This document shows, one piece after another, positions 41,491-54,516 of a DNA stretch of 64,000 nt. The DNA lies in contig OZ024743.1 in NCBI GenBank assembly GCA_964016885.1, forward strand, positions 359,662,001 through 359,726,000. Direction: 5' to 3'. Under the pieces are notes generated by a model. It saw only the letters and a list, made by a program, of their open reading frames with translations. It had not been told where the DNA came from and did no database searches. Position 1 is the first letter of the stretch. The number at the start of each line of letters is the position of its first letter. Made by a program: the position numbers and the translations under genes. Source of the DNA: Eledone cirrhosa. Taxonomy: Eukaryota.

Positions 41491-42725
41491 CGAGTATCCT
41501 GGTATTTCAGGCTTTTCCCTAAAAAAGGAATGTAGTTTTGTGTGTGATTATATTTTGTTGGTCTGTTGCGTGTGGGTCTGTAGCTTGTTGTTTCATGAGG
41601 GTGAATGTGATGGTGGGGGTGGTATGTGTTGTGGTTGTTGATGAGCAAGGGTTCTGTTGTTGGTTCATGTGGTCTGGGTGCGTTATTTCTGTGGTACAGA
41701 GTGTTGAGGTTGGGGGGTTGTCTTTTGTTGGATTGAGGGTGATGTCTGGTGTGGTTGTGGGTAAGTTCTGTTGTGATTTTAAGTGGTCTGGGTGGATTTC
41801 TTCTGAGGAATGTGGTGTCTGTGTTGTGAGTTGGATCTATGTTATTTCGTCGTTGGTTTATGTAGGGGGCATTTCTACGGAAACCTGTGTTGTGGTGGTT
41901 GGGTGTGTTTCTTTTGGTGTAGTTGGCCGTATTTGGTTTGTGTTGGTGGGGGATGTGCCTGTGGTTAGTGTGTGTTGGGTTTGGTGGTGTAAATGTGTCT
42001 GTTGTAGTTCTTGTTATGTTCAAATGCTTTATAAAGGGGTTACCTGTTTGGTGCGTCCTTTTAAAGTCTTCTTCATATTTGAGGAACCAGTTTTCGGATT
42101 TTTCCCACCGTTTAAGGGAAATAATTTCTGCATTCTCGCAGTCCTGTTTCCACGATTTGATTAAATTTTGTAGGGTTGTTCCCTCGGCCTTTTTAGTGCA
42201 TTCTTCCTCTATATTTTTATCAGTATCCTTATACTCTTGCTCGTTTGAGGTGGCCCTTAATTTTAGGAGTTCTATTTCCATGTTTATCCTGTTGAGTGAC
42301 ATTTGTTCGCGGAGTTTTCTTTCTGGTTCAGGTTCGTTTGTAATATGCTTTATTTGGAATTTACGTGGTAAAACTATCGGTGTTGAGTTAATCCATTTTT
42401 GGTAAATTCCAGCTTTGTTGAGGTTTTTTATCATATTCCAGAAAGTGAATTTTCTGGTTTTTAGATGTTTTTTCCAGAGGTGTCCCATTTGGTTTTTGAT
42501 ATGGAGCAATGTCGTTTGTTCTGTGTTGGTATTCATAAGTTTTTCGATGGAGTTGCATACGTTTTGAACGTTTAAATAAATTTGGTTATCAGTCGGTGTG
42601 GTGGTTTGGGGTATATCCTGTTTTTTTGTCAGAATGGTGAGTTTTCCATATATCTCTTTTAGGATTTTCAGGATTTCCTCATTTATATTGGAGTTTGAAG
42701 TTGTGTTGTCTTGTTCCAGTGCCAT
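41460..42725 (-). CDS. PLE ORF1, 421 aa (helical/coiled-coil-like N-half, His/Asn/Thr/Pro-rich C-half), intact
   Basis: Open ATG-to-stop frame directly downstream of the 5' pLTR, overlapping the RT ORF in the -1 frame. Confidence 0.8.
   Translation of the reverse strand: MALEQDNTTSNSNINEEILKILKEIYGKLTILTKKQDIPQTTTPTDNQIYLNVQNVCNSIEKLMNTNTEQTTLLHIKNQMGHLWKKHLKTRKFTFWNMIKNLNKAGIYQKWINSTPIVLPRKFQIKHITNEPEPERKLREQMSLNRINMEIELLKLRATSNEQEYKDTDKNIEEECTKKAEGTTLQNLIKSWKQDCENAEIISLKRWEKSENWFLKYEEDFKRTHQTGNPFIKHLNITRTTTDTFTPPNPTHTNHRHIPHQHKPNTANYTKRNTPNHHNTGFRRNAPYINQRRNNIDPTHNTDTTFLRRNPPRPLKITTELTHNHTRHHPQSNKRQPPNLNTLYHRNNAPRPHEPTTEPLLINNHNTYHPHHHIHPHETTSYRPTRNRPTKYNHTQNYIPFLGKSLKYQDTRWPPLRRNQK
41470..41526 (-). 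promoter_or_regulatory. Putative -1 programmed ribosomal frameshift signal (U UUU UUA plus downstream hairpin)
   Basis: ORF1 codons CCT TTT TTA GGG AAA AGC CTG. The -1 frame is open into MAPPQEKPKIINLS. CCTG..CAGG stem starts 8 nt downstream. Confidence 0.7.
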
Positions 42726-42895
42726 TTTCCGGATTTGCGTAGGTTAGTATATATGAAAAGTGTAATTTTCTACACAAAACGAAGGTTATAGAGAAAATTG
42801 AGGTTGGTAATGGCACATGGAATATATAAGAGACAGAATACTTTTTTGTGAAAAAACATATAATTTTATAAGGTAAGGAAATAATAAAGTGTATA

Positions 42896-42945
42896 AAAAA
42901 TGACCGGTTTCGATGGGTCTGCAAAAGCCATCTTTTCAAATGTTG
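42896..42945 (-). ncRNA. U3-A8 HHR in the 5' pLTR, predicted cut 176 nt upstream of the ORF1 ATG
   Basis: Core at 42933-42939; the C of GUC is at 42902. Confidence 0.7.
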
Positions 42946-43953
42946 ATTAATATTAAGAAAAATTAATAATACGAAGAGTTAAAATTTGACATTTGAAAAT
43001 TCAAGTATAAAATTCATTGTGGGATTTCATAGTAGTTTTCATCTAGGTAGCAACAACAAGTTGACTGCTGTGTCCCTTTCTGGTAGTGAATGAGAAGTTA
43101 TTTGGGGTGTGGGTTATTTTATAAAGGTCAGATTTAGCAATGGCCAACCGGCCAGCTGCTGGTCAGTGAGGGAGTGGAAGCAATATACATACATATATCT
43201 TCCTGTGGTGGGTAGGAGAGTGGAGCGTGATAGAAAGGGATTTAGTGCACTTACACCTATATATACACACATACCTTCATCCACACATACATACATATAC
43301 ATATACATACACATATACATATATATATACATATACACACATACATACACCCACACATACATATACATACACACATACACACACACACACACATATATAC
43401 ACATACACACACATATATATATTTATACACACACACATATATATACATACACATACATCCATATACACACATACATACACACACATATATATATATATAT
43501 ACACATACGCATACATCCAGATATACACATACATACACACACACACACACGCACACACAATACATACATCCACATGCACACACATACACACACACACATA
43601 TACACATACATACACCCACACTAGAGAAATGGCCTCCAAATATATATATATATACATACATACACATATATTTTTTCCATAATATAAGAAGTTGGGACAG
43701 TGAAATTAAAATACAAGTCATTCTGATCACATTGAGTTCTTCATGTAGATTGGGCCCCGCAACCGACAGTGGTGAATTCTGTGTGCGCATATATATATAG
43801 ATATATGTGTGTGCACGTGCAGGGTTTAACATGGATGTGTTGGTCACACAAAGGCATGGTCTGTCAACGAATAAACCTGATTCTACAGAATTGGTCTCTG
43901 GTCTTTAATAGTAGTGATTCCGTGCGTATGTGTGTTTATATTTTATGACAATT

Positions 43954-44436
43954 CTATTGGGGTGATAACCCGTTTAGTTTTGGTTTAAATTTGTTAAGGA
44001 ATAGATTTTCTTTGTTTATTCTTTGTTGCTGTGTGAACGAATCTGAGCACTTGTAGAAGGGGAAGATTTTAAAGTTGGGTAGTGTCATTCCAGCGCAGTT
44101 CGCAATATGGCTGCTCAAGGGGATTTTTCTTGTGTTAGCGTCCCGGATTTGTTGGCGGTGGATGGTCATTCTTTTGCGTAATGAGGTGCCCGTCTGTCCT
44201 ATGTAGTTGTGTTTGCACCCACCGCAAGTTATTGCGTAAATCAAGTTCTCCGAGTTGCAGGTGAAATTGTTTTTTACTGTAAATGTTTGGCCATCTTTGA
44301 ATGTAAATGTTTGTTGCACGTTGAGGCACGTTGCACAGTTTGTTCTACCACATTTGGTAACTGTAGGGTTGAGGATTGGTTTGGGTATATTTGGTCCAGC
44401 GAGAATGCGTTTAAGTGATTTGGGTTGTCTTTTACA
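43954..44436 (-). pseudogene. Duplicated GIY-YIG endonuclease segment in the upstream partial-tandem copy
   Basis: Protein identical to the C-terminal ~160 aa of 39224-40285 from KRQPKSLK onward. Confidence 0.9.
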
Positions 44437-44464
44437 TTTAAGGTAATTTTTCTTAATATTAATC

Positions 44465-44512
44465 AACATTTGAAAAGATGGCTTTTGCAGACCCATCGAA
44501 ACCGGTCATTTT
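44465..44512 (+). ncRNA. U3-A8 HHR in the inverted pLTR
   Basis: TTGAAAA(44470-76) gatgg..ccatc GAAA(44498-44501) ccgg TC. Confidence 0.7.
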
Positions 44513-44654
44513 TTATACCCTTTAATATTTCCTTACCTTATAAAATTATATGTTTTTTCACAAAAAAGTATTCTGTCTCTTATATATTCCATGTGCCATT
44601 ACCAACCTCAATTTTCTCTATAACCTTCGTTTTGTGTAGAAAATTACACTTTTC

Positions 44655-45414
<760 letters not shown>

Positions 45415-45879
45415 CTAATGATATCAGATTTATTTAACTGAATAATACATTGACTTTTCACTGCAACCGTGTGTAAGATGAAGTCATTTGAAGCCAACAT
45501 GTTAATTCCTAAATATTCATATTTTGTTCAATTCTCTACAATTTGTATTTCATTTCCATGCTAATTATATTTCACATATCTCCCTGGTATACAAAAAATC
45601 CCCTTTTATTATTTTTATTCTCTTTTGTTAGATAGATTTCGCGAAAGTGGTAGATGTAATGAATGTTAGTGGCCGTTTAAAGTCTGTGGTCGCTGCATTT
45701 CATATGCATGGCGACGCTTATTTTCGTTTTTGTTTCCTCATGAGCTATGCATACACAAGCGCACACTTACACTCCGAATAACACGTACAAACACTCATGA
45801 CCATATATAAATATATGCAATTGTATATGCCAAAAGAACATACATACATACCCTACACTTCAATCCAGCCGTTGATATA

Positions 45880-46570
45880 CACATCAATCCGCATTTGGTG
45901 CTGGCGACAGGATCTTGAACAGAGCATGCTGGAATACCTGAGCGGACCCTGGTGTCAGATCTTATCTCACAGAGGTGGGCTGAACAAGATTTTTCAAAGT
46001 TCTTTATAACTTCGTGTCAAACTGTTCTCAATCTTTTACGATAGGCAGTCATGGTTTCAAACGAAGAAAGAGGTACGTTGACAGACTTCAGATTGTACTT
46101 CAGTTTGTCCTTATATCGGAGTAGTGACCTGTCCACACTATGCACACCATTCTGGAGCTGACTGTACAACAGTACCTTAGGTGTGGGGTCGTCAGACATC
46201 CGTAGGACATGACCAGTCCATCTGCGTTGGGATTGCATCAGAAATGACTCAATCCCACCAATGTTGCACCTTGTGAACAGCTCGGCATTGGAAGCTGTCA
46301 TACAGTGTTTATACACAGACAGAGCGAAGACAACGTTTGTGGAAGACATCAAGCTTATGTATGTGAGTGCGGTAAAGTCTCCATGACTCTGGGCCATATA
46401 AGAGTGTTGTCAGTACCACTGTACGATAAACTGCAACTTTTGTTTTCAGGGATATACATCTGACACTCCATAGGCGGCGATGTAGTTTGCCAAGAGCATC
46501 AGTTGCCTTGGAGATGCGATTAACAATCTCATCATCCAAGAATGCAAAGAGGTTCACCTTGCTACCACAT
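45880..46570 (-). mobile_element. RTE (BovB-like) LINE 3' fragment
   Basis: DDEIVNRISKA..LWS..ISLKTKVAVYRTVVLTTLLYGPESW..FHKRCLRS; RWTGHVLRMSD..PKVLLYSQL..RYKDKLK. Confidence 0.85.
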
Positions 46571-46768
46571 ATTTCAGATCTTTGCTATCAATATTGAATT
46601 AAATAATCAGAGCAATATACTATAAATTATGTCCATAGAATCATTTGATAAGATATATACTCCATTTCCTCTCCCAATTAGCATAATCAACCACAGAAAA
46701 AAAAAAACAATTAAACCAGGCTATAAGATTAAAAGACACTTATGAAGAAATAATAGATACATAAACGA

Positions 46769-47058
46769 CAGCCACCCATTCGCGATCAACAGCAATAGAA
46801 TATTTACCCAGAATTTCAATAGCACGTGGAAATCGATTAAATATATCGTCAACCATACACAATTAGGTATAAAATTAAAGTTAGAAGAAAAAATGCATAT
46901 ACACATACCAGGATCCTGGTTTGTGGTTATGCATTTTTTCTTCTAACTTTAATTTTATACCTAATTGTGTATGGTTGACGATATATTTAATCGATTTCCA
47001 CGTGCTATTGAAATGCTGGGTAAATATTCTATTGCTGTTGATCGCGAATAGATGGCTG
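46769..47058. repeat. Near-perfect ~290-bp palindrome with no spacer, centred on accaggatcctggt
   Basis: Arms 46769-46913 and 46914-47058 are reverse complements; mirrored ORFs on both strands. Confidence 0.88.
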
Positions 47059-47729
47059 GATTTGGGGGCCTCTGTTGTATATATATGCACTTGTGTGTAC
47101 ATATATATATATACACACCTGTAAGGATTTGTGTGTGTAGATGTGTGTGTGTCTGAGGGGGTAGGTGTGAGTGTATATACAAGGCAACCAACATAAGTCT
47201 TTTTATTTCTAAAATTTCTAAACTTTCTAAGTATTTGACTCTAACCATAATTTTTAGTATTACCACCCCACATTAATTCCTCAATTTGTATGTGTGGATG
47301 TGGGGGTGGGTGTGAGTGTATGTGCAAGTCAACCAACATAAGTCTTTTTATATGTAAATTTTCTAGTATTCTACTCTAACCATAATTTTCAGTAGTACCA
47401 CTCCACATAAATTCCTCAATTTAAGAATGACCTGTAGTATCGAATTTCATACTATAAACCTCAATTGAATATATATCTGACCAGGAATGCTTTTTGTGAA
47501 AATCAGTCATATGGAACTATTGTCATCTTGCCTGACGGTTTGAACTTTACAACACCACCTGCCTCTTTGAGGTCAAATACCAACGCTACTAGCATCTACA
47601 AACTGACCAATGAGAATTAAGACTATTCCTGCTGAAAACATTAAATTATTCCAAACAAGCTGATATGTGCCAAGGCTCTGATACCATCAACACCATAAAC
47701 AAAGAGCTGGCATATCTAAGAACTGACTA

Positions 47730-47785
47730 ACTGCCTGATGAGGTTATAGCCATTCAATGGCTATCATCGAAATATATATAGTAGT
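47730..47785 (+). ncRNA. Canonical type I HHR at the end of a degraded PLE-like fragment
   Basis: actgc CTGATGA(47735-41) ggt-t-atagccatt-c-aatggctat-c-atc GAAA tatata TA gtagt. Confidence 0.85.
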
Positions 47786-47830
47786 AAATAAAGGGTTATG
47801 AGTTCATACAATTGACTTATGTTTCATCAC

Positions 47831-47970
<140 letters not shown>

Positions 47971-48114
47971 TATACACGGGTGTGTATGATTATGTATAGA
48001 AGATTATATTAATAAAAGGAATTCCAACTTTGTCTGATTTACTCGTTTTATTTACAATCCTTTAAAATTATAATGATATATAGTATATATTACACCCGCG
48101 AGTCATGATACAAT

Positions 48115-48250
48115 TTCCAACTCGGCTGTGCATGTCAATTCTGTACATGTACATAATCAGGATAGGTGACAGTGCGCACCCTTGGCAGAGTCTGACTCCC
48201 ACATTGAATGGTTTCAATTTAGTACCATTTGTCAGAAGACAAATACTCGG
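48115..48250 (-). mobile_element. RTE-like RT fragment
   Basis: Reverse complement reads KPFNVGVRLCQGCALSPIL (QG..LSP motif). Confidence 0.55.
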
Positions 48251-48539
48251 ACATTCCCCTTATACATGGTATAAGGGGAACAAGTGTGAGAGATTAATAT
48301 TTGATACTGGTGGTACATAAAACTCAAAACTGCCTTTACTGTTTGGGACGACAGATTAAAAAAAAAGAATATTCTAATATTGATGTCAAATTGTACTCGA
48401 TGGGCTGAAAATACAGGAAGATATAATTACGGACTATCGATGAGGGGGTTGCCGATCCAGTACGCAAATACAAGTTCAGTTTCAAAAAAATTTTCTTATT
48501 TAAGCTTTGGAATATATACCAACCCACTTGAACCAAAGA

Positions 48540-48850
48540 ATGATTGATTTGTGAAGAAAGAACACAGCTCCTTGAAATGGCAACGATATCTGGAACCTTC
48601 AACTCTTAATAAGCTGCCAAGGGATTTACGAGATCTGGTGTGGACATGGATGTTTTCAAGAAACATCGCGACATCCTGCTACCCACGACCTCGGATGAGC
48701 CCACAGCACGCTACGAAGGTAACCTAGGGGCAGCAGCAACGGACTCTCTCTTGCACCAATGGCCAGCCAACACAGGCTGGAGATAGAATGTGTAGCAACA
48801 AGGGTGGCGCCCCAGCATGGCCTCAGCCGGATGGCTGGAACAGGTAAAAG
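48540..48850 (+). mobile_element. CR1/L2-group LINE 3' fragment
   Basis: N.LP.DLRDL..FKK..D..L..SDEP..AAATDSLLHQ-like C-terminus. Confidence 0.5.
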
Positions 48851-49619
48851 AGTTACGATCCATAATATGAACGATTACACAATGGACAAAGAAAATATCC
48901 TTTTAATTACACCCTTGTCGACGAGAAGGTTGCCGATAAAACATATACTCAAAATTAAGGGAAGAGTAAAAATATACATAGATGCCTACAAACGTTCTTC
49001 CGTCTTTATGAACATAATGCATGCATACATGCATACATACATGCATACATGCATACATACATACTTACATAATACATGCCTACATACATACTTACATAAT
49101 ACATGCCTACATACATGGTGGCTGCCAACTCGTTTTGGAGTACGGCCACTACTTTATATCCATGTAGGAGAACCCCTACCGATGCGCTGAACGAGTGTGA
49201 CATTTTAGTCCAGCCAGCGACTTGAAAACTCTGGTACAAACACTACACTTGTGACAATTATTGACACATAGTGCTGGGCCCATGGTACCATGTGACGACA
49301 AGTGCAGAGAGATCTCCAGATATAAAGCAATGCCTGTGCCGTGAAGCTTTTATAGTGAGCAAAGGCACTGCACAAAGCCAGTCCCACTCTCTTAACCAAG
49401 ATGATATTTACCAAAAGGAAGAACAAGTCAACATCATTGGTAACCACCAGGGTTGCAGGTGTTATATCAGAGTTTTCCTTCTCCTAGAATTCTGCCTTGA
49501 CAAAGGCTAAGGGGTCATCTCTCCTACATACATACATACATTCATACATGCATACATGTATACATACATACATGCACACACACATGCACCTAAATACAAA
49601 TACGATGAAGAAATGAACC

Positions 49620-49905
49620 ACTTTCGGTTTCGACGACGACATTTCGCCTGTTTGATCAACGGATCACTCTGCTTGTGAAATTGATGTGTCAGTGGCCGTG
49701 TACTCTTAACAGAATTCTCAGTAAAATTCAGCATGGGACATTGCGTGACACGACTGAGCCTTTGAACTACAGATACACTTCATTATTGCCAGGTGGATGG
49801 CCTGGAGCATCGAGAAATAAAGTTATTCAAGTAAATAAGGCACAGTGAGCAATCGAACTCACTACCATACGATTGTAAGTCGAACACTCTACTAAGCTAC
49901 GCGCT
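49620..49905 (-). mobile_element. CORE-type SINE (relative of 6378-6697)
   Basis: cgacgac..gatcaacgga..atcgaactcac..acgattg..cgaacac reverse-matches 6378-6690. Confidence 0.68.
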
Positions 49906-50896
49906 TTCCCTACATGCATCAATAAATAAATACATACATAAATATATAATGTATGCATACATACATTCATCATTACATACATATATACATTTATGCATAC
50001 ATACATACATACATTCATACATACATACATGATCGCTTACCTGCTTACATGATTGCTTACCTACTTACCTACTTACCTACCTACATACATACGTTTAATT
50101 GCATACCTACACACATGGATGGTTTGCATAAGACTGTAAAAATATCACGAGCAAAACCTATTCTTTCGTTCCTCCCACCTAACCCGCTGTATCTCGTTTT
50201 CTTGACAGATCATCTGCCTTATAATGCATCATGTAAGACATTACTGATGGCTTCAATTATTGATATATACGTTATTTATAGAATAGCAAAATGTGGCATA
50301 CATCGTGTCAGCGGTTGGTTATGAACGATTTAAATTAGCAATCTCGATTTGATTTCCGCTTTCCTCTTTCTTCAAATCACTGATGTTCTTACTGAAGGCA
50401 TGTGAATATACTGAATATTCTAGCTTCCCTCTACTTTTGATGCTCCGTGGGGAAGAAATGATCTCATATGAATTTGAATTAGAGCAGACGATAAGGAATC
50501 CAAATCGAGGCTTTATCCTATTTAATTTATTTTCTTGTGTTTTCTATTTCCTGCAGTGTAGGTTTTGAATTCTATCTCTTCTGCTTATATAAAATTATGA
50601 GAAAAATAACATTTAAAGTAACATTCAGAATCGGAATGATCAACTTGAGAATATTAAAGAGTAGCAAACACACGTATGAAAGATCGGATATTTGGTGTTT
50701 AATAATATTTCTGGGCATAGGATATAATTTGGTGTGATCTAGTTCATCAGGTGTTGGGTTAAGTACCAACGTTTCAAGAAAGATCAATATAGTATTGATC
50801 TGAAGCAATTAAGCAATGACTTCACGAATTGATTGCATGGGAGGGATAAATACATGCTTACACACACACACATACATACTCTGACACACATAAACA

Positions 50897-50942
<46 letters not shown>

Positions 50943-50948
<6 letters not shown>

Positions 50949-51298
50949 CAAAAGATGGTTAAAAGAGTTCCATGTATTTTATTATGCGCATTTCAAAAAC
51001 AAATATCATCATGGGATCATATTTGCGTTCTCATCAGATAAAATAGGGAGACATGATATGAAGCTTAAAAAACACTTGCGAGCAGTGAAGTGTTAAATCA
51101 ACATATATTTATCTGATGAGAACGCAAATATCAGCCCATGATGATATATGTTTTTGAAATGCGCATAATAAAATACATGTAACTCTTTTAACCATCTTTT
51201 GATTTTATATTATTTATACTCAAGTCCTATAAACTGTTGAGTGCTACTTATCCGATATTAGCATTGCTTTATTGTACTACAATAAAACTCACCTCCTA
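50943..51298. mobile_element. Fold-back plus tail element with an HHR on each arm
   Basis: 50943-51045 is inverted to 51106-51209; tail runs to (TA)n at 51299. Confidence 0.82.
51104..51175 (+). ncRNA. Type I HHR (inverse copy with core at 51031-51037)
   Basis: tttat CTGATGA(51113-19) gaac..aatatca..tgatat..gttt GAAA tgcgca TA ataaa. Confidence 0.75.
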
Positions 51299-51339
51299 CA
51301 TATATATATATATGTGTATATATTTATATATTTATATAT

Positions 51340-51601
51340 TTATATTTCCATTAGGTCAGTATTGTGTGTTTGGGTATGGTTATTGTTGTTGTTCCATTCA
51401 TTTTACTGTTCAACTTCGGTTTTCTTAGTTCTACCTCAGTTCCTTCTCTGATTTGCCTACCTGTTGAGTCATTTCTGTGTTTAGATATTATTTTAATCTC
51501 TATGATGTCTATATTACAGTCATGTCTTTGTCTGGCGTGTTTATATATATATATATATAATGTCTATATTACAGTCATGTCTTTGTCTGGCGTGTTTATA
51601 T

Positions 51602-51645
<44 letters not shown>

Positions 51646-52012
51646 GAATACGCCAGACAAAGACATGACTGTAATATAGACATCATAGAGATTAAAATAA
51701 TATCTAAACACAGAAATGACTCAACAGGTAGGCAAATCAGGGAAGGAACTGAGGTAGAACTAAGAAAACCGAAGTTGAACAGTAAAATGAATGGAACAAC
51801 AACAACAACCATACCCAAACACACATACTGACCTAATGGAAATATAAATATATAAATATATACACAAGTACAATAATAACAAACACACATAAACACACAC
51901 TAGTGAACAAAGATAGAATACAAAAACACACAGACTTAAACACGAACACACACACGCAAACGCATGCGCAAACAGAGACAGAGACAAGAATAAATAAATA
52001 AAATACATATGG
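51340..52012. mobile_element. Fold-back element with ~200-bp arms around a (TA)n loop, plus tail
   Basis: 51340-51540 is the reverse complement of 51648-51850; mirrored ORFs 51364..51831 and 51564..51896. Confidence 0.82.
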
Positions 52013-52014
52013 CG

Positions 52015-52745
<731 letters not shown>

Positions 52746-52767
52746 CCCTTGTAAAACAAAATCATCG

Positions 52768-52823
<56 letters not shown>

Positions 52824-52827
<4 letters not shown>

Positions 52828-53386
52828 AAAAAGAGATGAAATCGAAAATGCAACTGAAGTCTTATTTTTTTAAAAAATATATATATTTATTTGGTTCCTT
52901 TACCGGTTTCGCAGTTCTTCTGCTTTTCAAACCAACCAAAAAAAAGCCTTCGTGAGCCTCATTTTTTCAAGTAAAAAGAAATTCAAACACTCATATATGA
53001 AAAAAACAACCTGTGACAACCCCCCCTCTCTTATTTGAAGAACTATTGTAACGCGAACTGGCGCGAAATTTATTATAATTATTGACAAACCAATCAAATT
53101 ATTTCTCGAAAAACCTGGCTTTCGAGCCACTTTTTCCATATAAAACAAGTAACATTTAGAGACCAACCAGATGTGAGAAAAACCACAGACCCTCCATCTC
53201 AACTCACCTTTTGAAAAGCAGAAGAACTGCGAAACCGGTAAAGGAACCAAATAAATATATATATTTAAAAAAAAAAAAAATAAGACTTCAGTTGCATTTT
53301 CGATTTCATCTCTTTTTCTTTATACTTCCACTCGTGTAGGACACCTCGGTTATTTTTCATTTTGTAAAAAAAACCTCACTTTCTAA
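52824..53386. mobile_element. Family B fold-back plus tail element
   Basis: 52824-52930 is inverted to 53211-53322. Tail 53323-53386 is the reverse complement of 20820-20890. Confidence 0.82.
53207..53244 (+). ncRNA. Minimal type I HHR, U3-A8 variant
   Basis: cctt TTGAAAA(53211-17) gcag-aagaa-ctgc GAAA ccgg TA aagg. Confidence 0.78.
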
Positions 53387-53404
53387 TATATATATATATA
53401 TATA

Positions 53405-53738
<334 letters not shown>

Positions 53739-54447
53739 GAATGTTTACGTATGTGTAGTTATAGCCATTGTAATGCTACATTAATGGCAAATACATGCAA
53801 AACATATTAACATGCTAAAAGTAAAATGTATATTAGATATTCATGTCAACCTACAAGTTCAGCTGTTTCCAATGTTATATTGTATGGTTGACGAAGAACA
53901 TGCTATTCTGTTAGAATTATGTGCCATTCATCATGGATGAATGTTATTAAGGAAAAAAATCAACCAAGTTATTGATTTTATATATTAGAGTTGCAGAGTA
54001 TAAACTTTGATAAGGAATAAGTAATTCAAAGGCGAAATCTGCAGGAAAAACAATAAAGTTGTATTGATGCAAGGAGCTAACCAGAAATAATTAAGTTGTG
54101 AGTGAGAAATGATATTAGTTAGATGACCTTCATTTCTCTTTCATAACGTTTTAAAAAAGCTGATTAAGATTTCTTCATCATAGATGTTGAAATCAATAGT
54201 TACCATAATTATCACTATTAGGTAGTTGCTGCTGCTGTTGTTGCTTAGCTTCACGTCAATCCTGTTCGAACAGACTTATGATCAAAGGCTTTGCATTCGT
54301 GAGAATCTCGTTATTTTAGAAGCACCGATGACTACAATTTCTAATGTGTTCTTTCCGTGTTTAAGATGTTAGGGTGTAACTTGAGGAATATTTGATTGCA
54401 ATTCTTAAGAGGTCAAGTGACCACGCAGAAGCTCCCTCATTACTCAT

Positions 54448-54516
<69 letters not shown>

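Larger units (their letters stand above)
37862..44655 (-). mobile_element. Near-complete Neptune-type Penelope-like element in partial-tandem arrangement with an inverted 5' pLTR
   Basis: 37862-39705 is duplicated at ~42788-44436. 44442-44655 is inverted to ~42750-42965. ORF1 and RT-GIY-YIG lie between; both ends abut (TA)n-type tracts. Confidence 0.93.

Noticed and set aside
41198-42405. Plus-strand ORFs of 93, 208 and 160 aa
   Set aside because: Antisense shadows of the A/C-rich PLE coding strand.
50700-50760. CTGATGA on minus at ~50742 (also 8422 on plus and TTGACGA at 46975)
   Set aside because: Stems I, II and III cannot be formed convincingly.
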